55,017 bases of DNA from Campylobacterota bacterium (GCA_034717975.1 JAYEMF010000027.1:1-55017); one strand, 5' to 3'; positions 32,456 to 42,273 are shown, counted from the stretch's first letter. A program made the numbers and translations. Notes: generated by a model from the letters alone, not told the origin.

Positions 32456-33103
32456 TTAGCGTAAAACTGAGAGTTTCTGCTTTAGCAGGGCTGCTTTTTT
32501 GTCATCATCGGTCGTGTCGATCAGCTGCTGCATCCAGGCGATGACTGCGCGCTTGTAGCCAAAATATGAAGCGCGTTCAATGATCATTTCAATCGTCATA
32601 TCATCAAGATAGCTACGTGCAGTCGAGGCTGCGATCATCTGTGATGTCAGCGGTTCGATGTCGGCAATACTCTTTTGAATGGCGTGGCGGTTTTTGGCCA
32701 GATAGGCTTTGGCAAAAGAGCGGTACTGGGAGGGAAGAGCCGAGATCTCTTCTTGTCTGACATTTTGGTTCAGCAGGGCAAAATAGCTCGAAAGTGATGG
32801 ATCATCACTATGGTGTGCGATAGATTGATACTCATCACACGCATCTTCAAGTAAAACGGAGCGGTTAAGGGCACATTTGCTCAGGTAGAGCCGTGTAAGC
32901 GGTGTGAGATCGGCACTCTGTTTGGCATAAGACTCTGCCTGGTTGTATTCACTCTTTGCAAGAGCCGTTTTATCTTCAAGAAAATACTGTTCGGCATATT
33001 TGTAGGCAGTGGCCGTGTTGTAGCGCCAGGCATCATCGGGACGTTTGGTACTGCAGCCGGCAGTCATGATCAGAAGCACAACGGTTAGTATCAATGTCCT
33101 CAT
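32456..33103 (-). CDS. Putative lipoprotein associated with MCE system
   Basis: Lipobox TAGC; ATGA overlap with the MCE gene. Confidence 0.75.
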   Translation of the reverse strand: MRTLILTVVLLIMTAGCSTKRPDDAWRYNTATAYKYAEQYFLEDKTALAKSEYNQAESYAKQSADLTPLTRLYLSKCALNRSVLLEDACDEYQSIAHHSDDPSLSSYFALLNQNVRQEEISALPSQYRSFAKAYLAKNRHAIQKSIADIEPLTSQMIAASTARSYLDDMTIEMIIERASYFGYKRAVIAWMQQLIDTTDDDKKAALLKQKLSVLR

Positions 33104-34035
33104 GGCAGTTCCACCTCGTCACGCTGTTTTTCCTGCAGCAGAGCATCGATCTTTTCGACCATCTGGTTGGTCTTGCTGATACCCAGACGGATCTCATCTT
33201 TGAGATCGAGGATAGTTGTATCATAAGAGCCGATGGCCTTGACGGTTCCATCCAAAGCAGAGAGTTTGTTCTGGATATCTTGCAAGATCAGATCGACCTG
33301 TTTCATTGATGCTGTCGAAGGGGTGATGATATCGTTGTGTAACTCCTGCATAATGGCATTGAGCTCAGCGGTCATCATCCTCATCTGTTTGCTCATTTCG
33401 GCTGCATCGTTTAGTGCCAAACGCAGTATGGCCGCACTCTCCTCTTCGCCGGTAATCGTGGTCAGCAGTGCTTCGTTGGTTGCAAGGCGTTCAGTGAAAA
33501 CCCGCATATTTTTGACGGTAAGCGCGAGATCACCCTTGTCGTCCGCCATCTTGGAAGTGATGGTATTGATAGAAGTGACGATCGTTTCAAGCTCGTTGAT
33601 AATCGGTTCAACATTGGTGATCATGTCGTTAATATCGTCACGTACGATAATTGAAACGATGCTTTCAGGTGCCAGTTCCGGGTAGCCAAGAGAGGTCATC
33701 ACATCGATGGTCGGTGAGCCGATAAGCGGTTTATCCAGCATCAGTATGGTATCTTCACATATCCATTTATGGTTGCTTTTTTTAATCTCGAAAATGGCAT
33801 GGACTTTACCGTTCTCTGTCAGTTCAATATCGCTGATCTGTCCGATCTCAAAGCCTGAGTAATGTACTGGCATACCGATATGGAACGAGCCGGCACTCTC
33901 GGTGTAGAAGTGGAAGGCATATTTCTCTTCAAAGGCACCTTTCTTATCCAGAATGATGTAAACGATTCCGGCAAAAAGCAGGGTGAAGAAGATGACGAAG
34001 ATCCCGACGGCAAATTTCATGTGACGATATGACAT
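33100..34035 (-). CDS. mlaD: MCE/MlaD family protein with long helical C-terminus
   Basis: AVGIF TM; GMPVHYSGFEIGQI MCE motif; coiled-coil tail. Confidence 0.88.
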   Translation of the reverse strand: MSYRHMKFAVGIFVIFFTLLFAGIVYIILDKKGAFEEKYAFHFYTESAGSFHIGMPVHYSGFEIGQISDIELTENGKVHAIFEIKKSNHKWICEDTILMLDKPLIGSPTIDVMTSLGYPELAPESIVSIIVRDDINDMITNVEPIINELETIVTSINTITSKMADDKGDLALTVKNMRVFTERLATNEALLTTITGEEESAAILRLALNDAAEMSKQMRMMTAELNAIMQELHNDIITPSTASMKQVDLILQDIQNKLSALDGTVKAIGSYDTTILDLKDEIRLGISKTNQMVEKIDALLQEKQRDEVELP

Positions 34036-34436
34036 TGTGATCCTCCCTCCTCATATTTAAGTCGATTTGTCTGCATATCCAGGATAATGACACGCTCACT
34101 GATATTCAGCTTCGCAAAAAGATCAAGAAAAAAAGTGATCTCTCTGGCATCATCGAGCAGGACGAACGGTGTAGTAATTATAATCTTAGCATATTGCACC
34201 ATTGTCGCACGAATAAGCTGGGTGATAAATCTGCCTTCAGCGTTACACTCGGCACTGCGATTCCGAGCGATCTTTTCATAACCAATCCTCAGAAATGCCT
34301 CCATGGCAAGAGCCTGTGCCTTTTCGGTTGCCAGATGTTCATGTATCTCTTTGATCAGGGCAATATTTTCGAGATTATTGAGATTTGAGAGCAGTGGTGT
34401 GCGTTTGTTTAGAGGAGCGATGGTGGTGGGATCCAT
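34017..34436 (-). CDS. Degenerate ABC ATPase-like protein (MlaF position)
   Basis: PLLSNLNNLENIAL helical-subdomain motif; no Walker A; decayed signature and Walker B. Confidence 0.7.
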   Translation of the reverse strand: MDPTTIAPLNKRTPLLSNLNNLENIALIKEIHEHLATEKAQALAMEAFLRIGYEKIARNRSAECNAEGRFITQLIRATMVQYAKIIITTPFVLLDDAREITFFLDLFAKLNISERVIILDMQTNRLKYEEGGSQCHIVT

Positions 34437-34480
34437 GCTTTTGAAGTAATGTTCCAGTGCATCGGCATCATTAAAGAGCC

Positions 34481-35275
34481 TTACAGTAATCGAAGCAGCA
34501 ATGAGAACACCTCCACGGTAAAGATTGCGATAAAGAGTTTGATCATGCCGCCGAGTACGGAGATCGGAATGGCTGTCAGTGCGCTACCCGTTTTAAGACC
34601 GCTGTAGATCGGGATCAGCATCGCAAAAAAACCGAATGCGACACTCTTCCCGCCAAGGAAGAGCAGGTCTTCGACATGGATGGCACTGACCAGTGTCCGC
34701 AGGTAGAGGTCCAGATCCATCTGTAGAAAAAACGAGCTGAAGAGGTAACCGCTGGCAAGCATAATAACCGTAAATATTGCCGAGAGGATAAGCACACTGA
34801 TGACACCGCCGATGATCCGCGGTAAAAAGAGATAATCGATGATGTCGATCCGGTAAGCTTGCAGGGTATCGAGTTCATTATTGACTTTCATCACGGCGAT
34901 CTCGGTGTTGATGGCAGCACCTGAGCGAAGTGATATCAGCAAGACCGTAAAAAATGGAGCAAACTCATTCATAATGAAACCGACCAGGATGGTTCCGATC
35001 TGAGATTGAAGAGAAAAGGCAACTGCCTGAGAAACAACGAAGCCGATGATGACCGAACCAAAGATAATGCCGATAAGCAGAAACAGCGGCAGAATCTCGA
35101 CTGCCGTGAAGTAGATCTGCCGGATAAGTACAGCAACCATGGCAGGATTGTAACTTTTAGGCAAAAAGAGATGAAGCAGGCAGGTAAAGCCAAAATGGAG
35201 CGCTTCGACCCATGAGTAGGCGGCTCTGATCGTGTACTCACCGATCGACTCGACAGAATGGACAATACGCCTCAT
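34481..35275 (-). CDS. mlaE: MlaE family ABC transporter permease
   Basis: RQIYFT, EFAP, RSGAAINTEIAVMKVNNELDTL, YLFLPRI. Confidence 0.92.
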   Translation of the reverse strand: MRRIVHSVESIGEYTIRAAYSWVEALHFGFTCLLHLFLPKSYNPAMVAVLIRQIYFTAVEILPLFLLIGIIFGSVIIGFVVSQAVAFSLQSQIGTILVGFIMNEFAPFFTVLLISLRSGAAINTEIAVMKVNNELDTLQAYRIDIIDYLFLPRIIGGVISVLILSAIFTVIMLASGYLFSSFFLQMDLDLYLRTLVSAIHVEDLLFLGGKSVAFGFFAMLIPIYSGLKTGSALTAIPISVLGGMIKLFIAIFTVEVFSLLLRLL

Positions 35276-35321
35276 GGTGTGATCCGGTTATTCATAATAG
35301 CTATAGTATAGTGGAATTTTT

Positions 35322-36002
35322 CTAAAGGACAGGGAAACACCACCCTTCGCTTTTTACATTTTCTGGAGGCATTGTCGTATGACCTGTCAGGATTCGATAG
35401 CCTCCGTAGACGCATAGCATGGCATCCAACAGATGTTCATCATGATCTATCCGCTCTATACCAAGCTGCTCAAACAGTTGTGACGGATCAGTTTTGTATT
35501 TACCAAGATGTAATTGTTGGGCGATCTGTTTGGGATAGACTTCATAGATGGGGAGACGCTGACCATTCAGTGTAATATTTGGAAAATGGTAGTCACACGC
35601 CTGCAGCAGGGCAATGGCACGGGCAGTCAGCCTGCCGATACGATCACCTGCAGGCGGCATGGGCCGCAAACCGAAACTCTTGTAGAGGTAGTAATCAGTG
35701 TGACGATACAGGTAAGGGTTGATGATCTCTCCACTCCCTTCTCGCGGCAGTGATAAATGATCTGGTATATACAGAGGCAGGGGCAGGCTTAGCGGTGCAT
35801 CGATGGCAATGGCATCGACTCTATAACGGTTGCATGCATCCAGTAAAAAATTATGACAGGCAAGGTGCTCTTTATGCTTTGGCTCTTTAAACGCGTCGTG
35901 GAGCTTGATTTTACCGTCACTTACCGTCGCATAGATATAAGCGCTGTTACCGCTCATGCAGCCGCCAAGGTCAATTCCTAAGATTTTATAATTTTTTTGC
36001 AT
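35322..36002 (-). CDS. DUF429 family protein (predicted RNase H-like nuclease fold)
   Basis: ILGIDLGG, IAIDAPLSLP, RHTD, EVYP, LDAMLC. Confidence 0.8.
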   Translation of the reverse strand: MQKNYKILGIDLGGCMSGNSAYIYATVSDGKIKLHDAFKEPKHKEHLACHNFLLDACNRYRVDAIAIDAPLSLPLPLYIPDHLSLPREGSGEIINPYLYRHTDYYLYKSFGLRPMPPAGDRIGRLTARAIALLQACDYHFPNITLNGQRLPIYEVYPKQIAQQLHLGKYKTDPSQLFEQLGIERIDHDEHLLDAMLCVYGGYRILTGHTTMPPENVKSEGWCFPVL

Positions 36003-36025
36003 GAAGGGAGTGTATACTATTCTTT

Positions 36026-36292
36026 ATGAAAAGCTACAAATTTATTGTCACTGGAAAAGTGCAGGGTGTTTACTATCGGCAGAGTGTCCAGATTCATGCA
36101 GTGCAAGCTGGTTTCAGCGGTTATGTCAAAAACCTGCCTGATGGCAGTGTCGAAGCTGCGGTTACCTGTGATGAAGTGCAGTTGACGGATTTTATTGCCG
36201 CATTACGGGAAGGCTCCGAGATAAGCCGTGTCGAAGATATCAAACAGTATGAGATCGATGAGCTCTATGAAGGTATGTTTGAGGTAAGGTGA
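36026..36292 (+). CDS. acyP: Acylphosphatase
   Basis: GKVQGVYYR; GYVKNLPDGSVEA. Confidence 0.95.
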   Translation: MKSYKFIVTGKVQGVYYRQSVQIHAVQAGFSGYVKNLPDGSVEAAVTCDEVQLTDFIAALREGSEISRVEDIKQYEIDELYEGMFEVR

Positions 36293-37494
36293 TGAATACG
36301 TTACTCTATCTCGGCATCATCTTTGTACTCGGTGCATTTACGGAGTGGCTCAGCCCGAAACTGCATCTCTCCAAAGTCGTCGGCTATATGATACTGGGGC
36401 TGTTGATCGCACCGGGGACGTTCGGCGTCATGCCGCAGCATTTTGTCGACAATGTCCATATTGTTATCGATCTGGCACTTTCACTGATCGCCGTACTGGT
36501 TGGGGCAAGTCTGAAATGGTCTGAACTCAAGGGTATGACGGCACAGATTCTGACTATTACCTTTTTTCAGGCTTTTTTTGCCTTTGCGACAGTTTGTATG
36601 GGGTTTTATCTTTTCTCGACACTGCTTTTTCCATCGCTTCAGACACCATTGATAGTCGCCCTCTTGTTGGGCGGGATAGCTTCGGCAACAGCTCCTGCAG
36701 CTACCTTGGCAATTATCCAGGAACTTAAAGCCTATGGAAAGTTTTCTACCATTTTGCTGACGGTGGTTGCTTTTGACGATGCGATGGCGCTTATGCTGTT
36801 CGCCTTTGCATTGACTATGAGTGCGACTATCCTTGGTTCAGGCGGTATCGATTTTTCCGGTCTGCTCGAAGCAGTGATCGTGATCGCCGGCAGCGTCACT
36901 GTCGGTCTGTTTGCCGGTCTGCTGACAACCGGATTGGAGAAACTCTTTTCACACCATAAAGGGATGGAGACTATTGCAACGCTGGGAATTGTTTTTATTA
37001 CCTACAGTGTCTCTCAGCGTTATGGATTTGAACCGCTTTTGGCAACACTTGTCATGGGTGCCGTACTGACAAATCTCTCTGCCGATTTTGATCTGGTGGA
37101 GGAGGAGGTGGACAACCACATCGTCGAGATTGTCTTTATGCTCTTTTTCATACTCTCTGCCATGCATCTGGAACTTTCGGCACTCCTGAGCCTGCCCGCT
37201 GCAGTGGTTGCCTATGTACTATTGCGTATGATTGGAAAAGTGGGTGGAACCTATGTGGGAGGCAGAATTTCCGGGGCGGATGATGATGTGCAGCGTTACC
37301 TCGGTATGGCACTGGTCCCTCAGGCGGGTGTTGCCATTGGACTGGCACTCTCCATTCAGGATCATAGCGGTTTCGAGTCATTTGCCCCGACGATCCTCAA
37401 TATTGTAATCGCCACAACGATTATTCATGAACTAATCGGGCCATTTATGACAAGATATGCACTGATACGTGCCAAAGAGAACCATGATGAGTAA
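36289..37494 (+). CDS. Cation:proton antiporter (CPA2-like)
   Basis: Many TMs; ATAPAAT, AFDD, RMIGKV, PQAGVAIGLA. Confidence 0.88.
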   Translation: MMNTLLYLGIIFVLGAFTEWLSPKLHLSKVVGYMILGLLIAPGTFGVMPQHFVDNVHIVIDLALSLIAVLVGASLKWSELKGMTAQILTITFFQAFFAFATVCMGFYLFSTLLFPSLQTPLIVALLLGGIASATAPAATLAIIQELKAYGKFSTILLTVVAFDDAMALMLFAFALTMSATILGSGGIDFSGLLEAVIVIAGSVTVGLFAGLLTTGLEKLFSHHKGMETIATLGIVFITYSVSQRYGFEPLLATLVMGAVLTNLSADFDLVEEEVDNHIVEIVFMLFFILSAMHLELSALLSLPAAVVAYVLLRMIGKVGGTYVGGRISGADDDVQRYLGMALVPQAGVAIGLALSIQDHSGFESFAPTILNIVIATTIIHELIGPFMTRYALIRAKENHDE

Positions 37495-37507
37495 AGGAGG
37501 GACTCCT

Positions 37508-39544
37508 TTACTCATTCTCCTCTTCCCTCATCTGTAACATCTGAGTTTCTATATTGTCGATAAGATGCTGCGCTTCAGCGGTTTCCAGAACACCGTCATG
37601 CTCCATTTTCCAGATAAGCGAACGTTCATGATTGAGCAGCAGCCGTCTGGCTGATTTGGACTGCAGCTGGGCAATGAGTTCCGGGTACTCACGATTGATA
37701 TGACGGGTAAAGGTAAATGCCTGGGTGCAGTTCTGATTGATCATCGCTTCGATACGATTACCGGTCTCTTCATCCGGCTGCAGTGCTTTGATGTGCCGGC
37801 GCATCTCCTCCTGTGCGGCGACAAATCCCCTGGCAATATCATAGCTGAGTGAGAGATGGGTAAAGAGCCACTCCTCCATAGAATGTCCCATAATGGGAAG
37901 GTTCTGGATCCATTTAGGCGGTGTAGGTACTTTAAAATCCTCTTCCAGGGAGTAGCGTGGAGCAATGACAGGATTGTTGTCGAGGGCATTTTCAACGGAA
38001 CGTGAGAGTTCAAAAGCGGCCTGACGTCCAATGTGACCCTCCTCAAACTGACGCCAGTAGTCACTTCGTTCGATCTCCAGCAGCCGGCGCATGAAGGCTA
38101 CATCGATCTCCTCCTGCTTGATGGTTACTGTATCAGGTTGAGAGGTTTTTTCAATTAGTCGTCCAAGCGAGTCAAGTTTGACCATATTGAAAAAAGGGTT
38201 GTGGGTCAGTGTCGTCAGAAAGCTGTCCATCTCTTTGTTAAGTGTCTGGCGTGCTTTTTGGACCGATGCCTCTTTGGCTGCGGGGAGTTTGTCCAGTTTA
38301 AGCAGGTGCAGCAGCCACTCCATCGTCGAGCCGTTGATGACAATCGTGAGAAAAACGATCCCTGCTGTCAGAAAGAGGATCTGTTCACGCAGCTGTTCGG
38401 GGACAGCTTCATCCTGGGCCAGGGAGAGTGCCAGGGAGAGTGATACTGCACCTCGCAGTCCACCCCAGACCAGTACAGTAGCTTTTTCCCGGGTGATTCC
38501 TACACCTATACGCCTGAGAAGTGGCATGAGTGTCCATACGGAAGCTGTTCGGATAAGCGTAAGTACAATATAGAGCACAACCAGCGTGATCCACAGCTGC
38601 GGTGAATCGAATGTGGTGTGGGTCATGATGACGATACCAACGATCAGAAAGATCAGGGTGTTGGCCATGTAGCACATCATCTCCCAGAACTGGTGCAGGA
38701 AGTGTGATATCTCCGGAGAGACACGGGTTCGTCCAAGTGTCGAAAACATCAGGGCGAGGGCGACCAGGGCAACAACGCCAGAGACGTGCATCGTCTCTGC
38801 AATGATAAAAGTGAGATAGGCGGCTGCGACCGAGAGGGTGATCTCGATCAGCGGCTGATTGATCAGTTTTCCGATGATCCACAGTACTGACCAGCCGACC
38901 GCTGCCCCGATGATCAAACCGGCTGAGACCACCCAGATAAACTCCCCAATGACAGGGAGCGTTTCGACTTCAGTTGTCGTTCCCAGTGCAAATCCGTAAA
39001 AGAGGGAGAAGAAGACGATGGCCGTTCCATCATTGAGCAGTGACTCCCCCTCGATGAGGGTTTCAAGACGTTTGCGTGAGCTCTTCTCTTTCAGCAGTGC
39101 AACGACGGCAACCGGATCGGTAGCGCTGATCAGTGCCCCAAAGAGCAGAGCAACGCCCATCCCCCACGAGAGCAGCCAGCTGACTGCCAGCGCACTCAGA
39201 ACCATGGAGATGATGAGACCGACAATAGCGAGCAGAGTGATCTGGGGTGCTATGCGAAAAAAGAGGTGAGGCTCCATCGAGTAGGCTGATTCAAAGATGA
39301 GTGTCGGCAGGAAGAGAAAAAGGATAAGATGGGGGTCGATATGTCCCACCTGTGTAAAGATACCGCTGATCAGTGTCTCCTCTCCGAAAAGACCAAAGTG
39401 GTTCATTCCTCCTGCCGCGATCCCGAGAAGCAGCAGAATAACGGTATAAGGAAGACGGCTGTTGCGCATCACCGCTTTTAAGAGAGCACCTGTGAGCAGG
39501 GAAAAGATGACAAAAAGAAGGATAGAAAGGCCGCTGTTATGCAT
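37508..39544 (-). CDS. Na+/H+ antiporter, CPA1/NhaP (SOS1-like) with cytoplasmic tail
   Basis: FLPTLIFESA, SATDPVAV, EGESLLNDG, WGGLRGAV. Confidence 0.9.
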   Translation of the reverse strand: MHNSGLSILLFVIFSLLTGALLKAVMRNSRLPYTVILLLLGIAAGGMNHFGLFGEETLISGIFTQVGHIDPHLILFLFLPTLIFESAYSMEPHLFFRIAPQITLLAIVGLIISMVLSALAVSWLLSWGMGVALLFGALISATDPVAVVALLKEKSSRKRLETLIEGESLLNDGTAIVFFSLFYGFALGTTTEVETLPVIGEFIWVVSAGLIIGAAVGWSVLWIIGKLINQPLIEITLSVAAAYLTFIIAETMHVSGVVALVALALMFSTLGRTRVSPEISHFLHQFWEMMCYMANTLIFLIVGIVIMTHTTFDSPQLWITLVVLYIVLTLIRTASVWTLMPLLRRIGVGITREKATVLVWGGLRGAVSLSLALSLAQDEAVPEQLREQILFLTAGIVFLTIVINGSTMEWLLHLLKLDKLPAAKEASVQKARQTLNKEMDSFLTTLTHNPFFNMVKLDSLGRLIEKTSQPDTVTIKQEEIDVAFMRRLLEIERSDYWRQFEEGHIGRQAAFELSRSVENALDNNPVIAPRYSLEEDFKVPTPPKWIQNLPIMGHSMEEWLFTHLSLSYDIARGFVAAQEEMRRHIKALQPDEETGNRIEAMINQNCTQAFTFTRHINREYPELIAQLQSKSARRLLLNHERSLIWKMEHDGVLETAEAQHLIDNIETQMLQMREEENE

Positions 39545-39554
39545 TTATTACTCC

Positions 39555-40373
39555 TTATTTAGAACGTGCATCAACCTCTTTCATAATATGCTTGAGGTTA
39601 TCATAATCACTTGCTTTTCGGGGAATGAACCCGGTCGCTGAAGGCTTGATACCTTTGAGTATATCAGGGTCTTTAAGTTCATAAAGGGCGGCTTGCAGTG
39701 TCTGAAAAAGCTGCTCACTGATGGTATCGGAAGCCATAATGGAAAAGTCGTGAATCGATTCACTGGTGGCAATGATTTTTAAAAACTTTGCATATTTTTT
39801 GGCAACAGCCTCTTTGACCGCACCGGCTTCGTATTTCCCCATAATGACATACTGTGCCACTTTGTCATGTTTGCCAAGAAAATCAAAGCGATCGAGTTCT
39901 TTGTCAACCCCTTTTTTCATAAGCATCTGCATGGGAACATAGTAGGAGAGGGTCGATTTTGGCGAGCCAAAGGCAATTTTTTTCCCTTTGAGATCAGTAA
40001 TGTCTGAAATGGGATTACTCTTTTTTGTAATGATGACACTGTGAAAGTAGGGGGTATGATTACTTTCGAGTCCGGCAATGATCTTTAGTGGAGCAGCTCT
40101 TTTCTCATTGGCAAAGAGATAGGGTGCCGGACCAATATAACCCAGGTCGAAGGTACCATCGGAAAACTTGTTGATGGTATCTTCATAGTTATAGCCGGTT
40201 TGGAACACTATGCGTTTGCCGGTTTTTTGTTCGAGATAATCCAGCAGAGGCGTGAACTTCTTTTTAATGATAGCACTGTCAACCGTAGTGATCGCTCCAA
40301 AGATTAAAGTATCTTTCGCGTGCAGTGAGAAAGAGAACAGAAGACTCAAAAAGAGTAAAATCAGACTTTTCAT
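39555..40373 (-). CDS. Phosphate/phosphite/phosphonate (PhnD-like) substrate-binding protein
   Basis: Signal peptide; DLGYIGPAPY, DLKGKKIAFG..STLSY, GKHDKV. Confidence 0.85.
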   Translation of the reverse strand: MKSLILLFLSLLFSFSLHAKDTLIFGAITTVDSAIIKKKFTPLLDYLEQKTGKRIVFQTGYNYEDTINKFSDGTFDLGYIGPAPYLFANEKRAAPLKIIAGLESNHTPYFHSVIITKKSNPISDITDLKGKKIAFGSPKSTLSYYVPMQMLMKKGVDKELDRFDFLGKHDKVAQYVIMGKYEAGAVKEAVAKKYAKFLKIIATSESIHDFSIMASDTISEQLFQTLQAALYELKDPDILKGIKPSATGFIPRKASDYDNLKHIMKEVDARSK

Positions 40374-40410
40374 AGTTCCATTATAAACCGGATTATGTTA
40401 AAGTAGTGTC

Positions 40411-42273
40411 ATGCAGATAAAAAAATATACAATTTCATTGTTACTTTTTCTTGCTTTGGAAATCGTAGCGGGTTATTTTTTCTATCAGATTTACACAAAC
40501 GGGCAGAATGCCTATTATGAACGCTCCATTAAAGAAGCTCAAGCTAAATTCAGCTCTACCGAGCATATTTTCAGTGTACTTTCCAATGACTTTTTCAACA
40601 ATCATGGCCAGGATATAGCGCGGATGATAGCAGCTTATGAAGCTGCTTCGTCGGCAAAAAAAGAGAAGGTCCGGGCTCTGCTGCTTAAAGAGTTCAGTGA
40701 GTTTCATACCAATCAAAAACTGCTTGGGCTGGAAGTCTTTCATATTTTTGACAAAGAAGGCAGGAGTATATTACGGTTTCATCAAGTTGAGAAATATGGT
40801 GATCCGATCTATAAAAAACGTTACTCCCTGCGGGCAATGCGTAAAGATTTTACCTATCAGGCAGGTCTTGAGATCGGTCTATTTAAAGAGTCGTTCCGTT
40901 TTCAGTTTCCTCTTTTTTATGATGGTGAGTTTGTCGGAAGTTATGAGTATGGTATCGGGTTTAAGGCGATGGCACGTGAGATGAACCGGCTTTATAGTGG
41001 AGATTACCTCTTTTTACTGAAAAAAGAGGCGATTGATGCCTCTGTCAAGCAGGAAGTCATTGCTCAGCGTTACGGTGAATTTAGTTTGAACAGGGATTAT
41101 CTCTATTTAAAAAATGCGCAAAATATAGGGGCAGTTCAAAATAAGAGACGGCATCCTGAGAAACAGGAGTACATTTCAAAAGGCCTTAAAACAGCCCAGC
41201 CATTCGCATTTGGCCAGCAGGTAAACAGTGAAGCGTATACCTTGGTGTTTATGCCGGTTAAAGATATTGAAGGCACTCAGATCGCCTACATCGTCAGTAG
41301 ATATAAAGGCAATCCGGATCAAGAACATCTCTATGCTCTAATCCTCGATATGTTTCTGGCCACGCTTCTGTTTGTAGGATTAATAGCTCTATTCTACCTG
41401 GTAGACAGCAAACGCAGATATGTCAAAAATATTTTGGATACTATGAAAGATATGATCGTCTTGACTGATGGTAAAAAGATTCAGGATGTCAATCAACGGC
41501 TGCTGCAGTTCTTTGGCTATAAAAGCCTTCAACTGTTTAAGCAGGAGCATGATTGTGTCTGTGACTTTTTTATTGAAGAAGAGGGCTACCTCAGTAAGGA
41601 TGTCAGTACTCTTAACTGGATAGATTATATCAAAATACATCCCAATGAGAAATACAAGGTCAAAATGGCCGATACCAATGGGATTGTTTTTGTCTTTATG
41701 CAGGAGTATAGTGAATTTAAAAAGGGAGTTGATGCTGTCATCACCTTTCATGATATTACACTCTCGGAGATGGAACATGAAAAACTGGAAGAGCGTGCTT
41801 TCACGGATACTTTGACAGGAATCTTTAACCGTGAACGTTTTAACTTCTTCCTGGAAACCGAACTGGCTCGTACAGAGCGGTATGAAACGCTCTTTTCGCT
41901 TGTGATGTTCGATATTGATCACTTTAAAGAGGTCAACGATACCTACGGGCATGATGTTGGTGATAAGGTACTTAAAACATTGACGCAACTAGTTCAAGGT
42001 CAGATCCGTGACAGTGATGTCTTTGCCCGCTGGGGCGGTGAAGAGTTTATGATCATTACCCCCAATAATCTTGGCTCAAGCGAACAGTTGGCAGAAAAAC
42101 TTCGCTGCTATATCCATGAACATGTATTTGACAGAGTGGGAAATGTTACCTGCAGTTTTGGTGTGACACAGTCACGTAAAGGTGATGCTGTTGAGACCAT
42201 TGTTAAGCGCTGTGATGAGATGCTTTATGCGGCTAAACATTCCGGTAGAAACTGTGTGGTAAGTATTCGGTGA
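40411..42273 (+). CDS. Membrane diguanylate cyclase (Cache-like sensor, PAS-like, GGDEF)
   Basis: Two TMs; DIDHFKEVNDTYGHDVGD; RDSD I-site; GGEEF. Confidence 0.92.
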   Translation: MQIKKYTISLLLFLALEIVAGYFFYQIYTNGQNAYYERSIKEAQAKFSSTEHIFSVLSNDFFNNHGQDIARMIAAYEAASSAKKEKVRALLLKEFSEFHTNQKLLGLEVFHIFDKEGRSILRFHQVEKYGDPIYKKRYSLRAMRKDFTYQAGLEIGLFKESFRFQFPLFYDGEFVGSYEYGIGFKAMAREMNRLYSGDYLFLLKKEAIDASVKQEVIAQRYGEFSLNRDYLYLKNAQNIGAVQNKRRHPEKQEYISKGLKTAQPFAFGQQVNSEAYTLVFMPVKDIEGTQIAYIVSRYKGNPDQEHLYALILDMFLATLLFVGLIALFYLVDSKRRYVKNILDTMKDMIVLTDGKKIQDVNQRLLQFFGYKSLQLFKQEHDCVCDFFIEEEGYLSKDVSTLNWIDYIKIHPNEKYKVKMADTNGIVFVFMQEYSEFKKGVDAVITFHDITLSEMEHEKLEERAFTDTLTGIFNRERFNFFLETELARTERYETLFSLVMFDIDHFKEVNDTYGHDVGDKVLKTLTQLVQGQIRDSDVFARWGGEEFMIITPNNLGSSEQLAEKLRCYIHEHVFDRVGNVTCSFGVTQSRKGDAVETIVKRCDEMLYAAKHSGRNCVVSIR

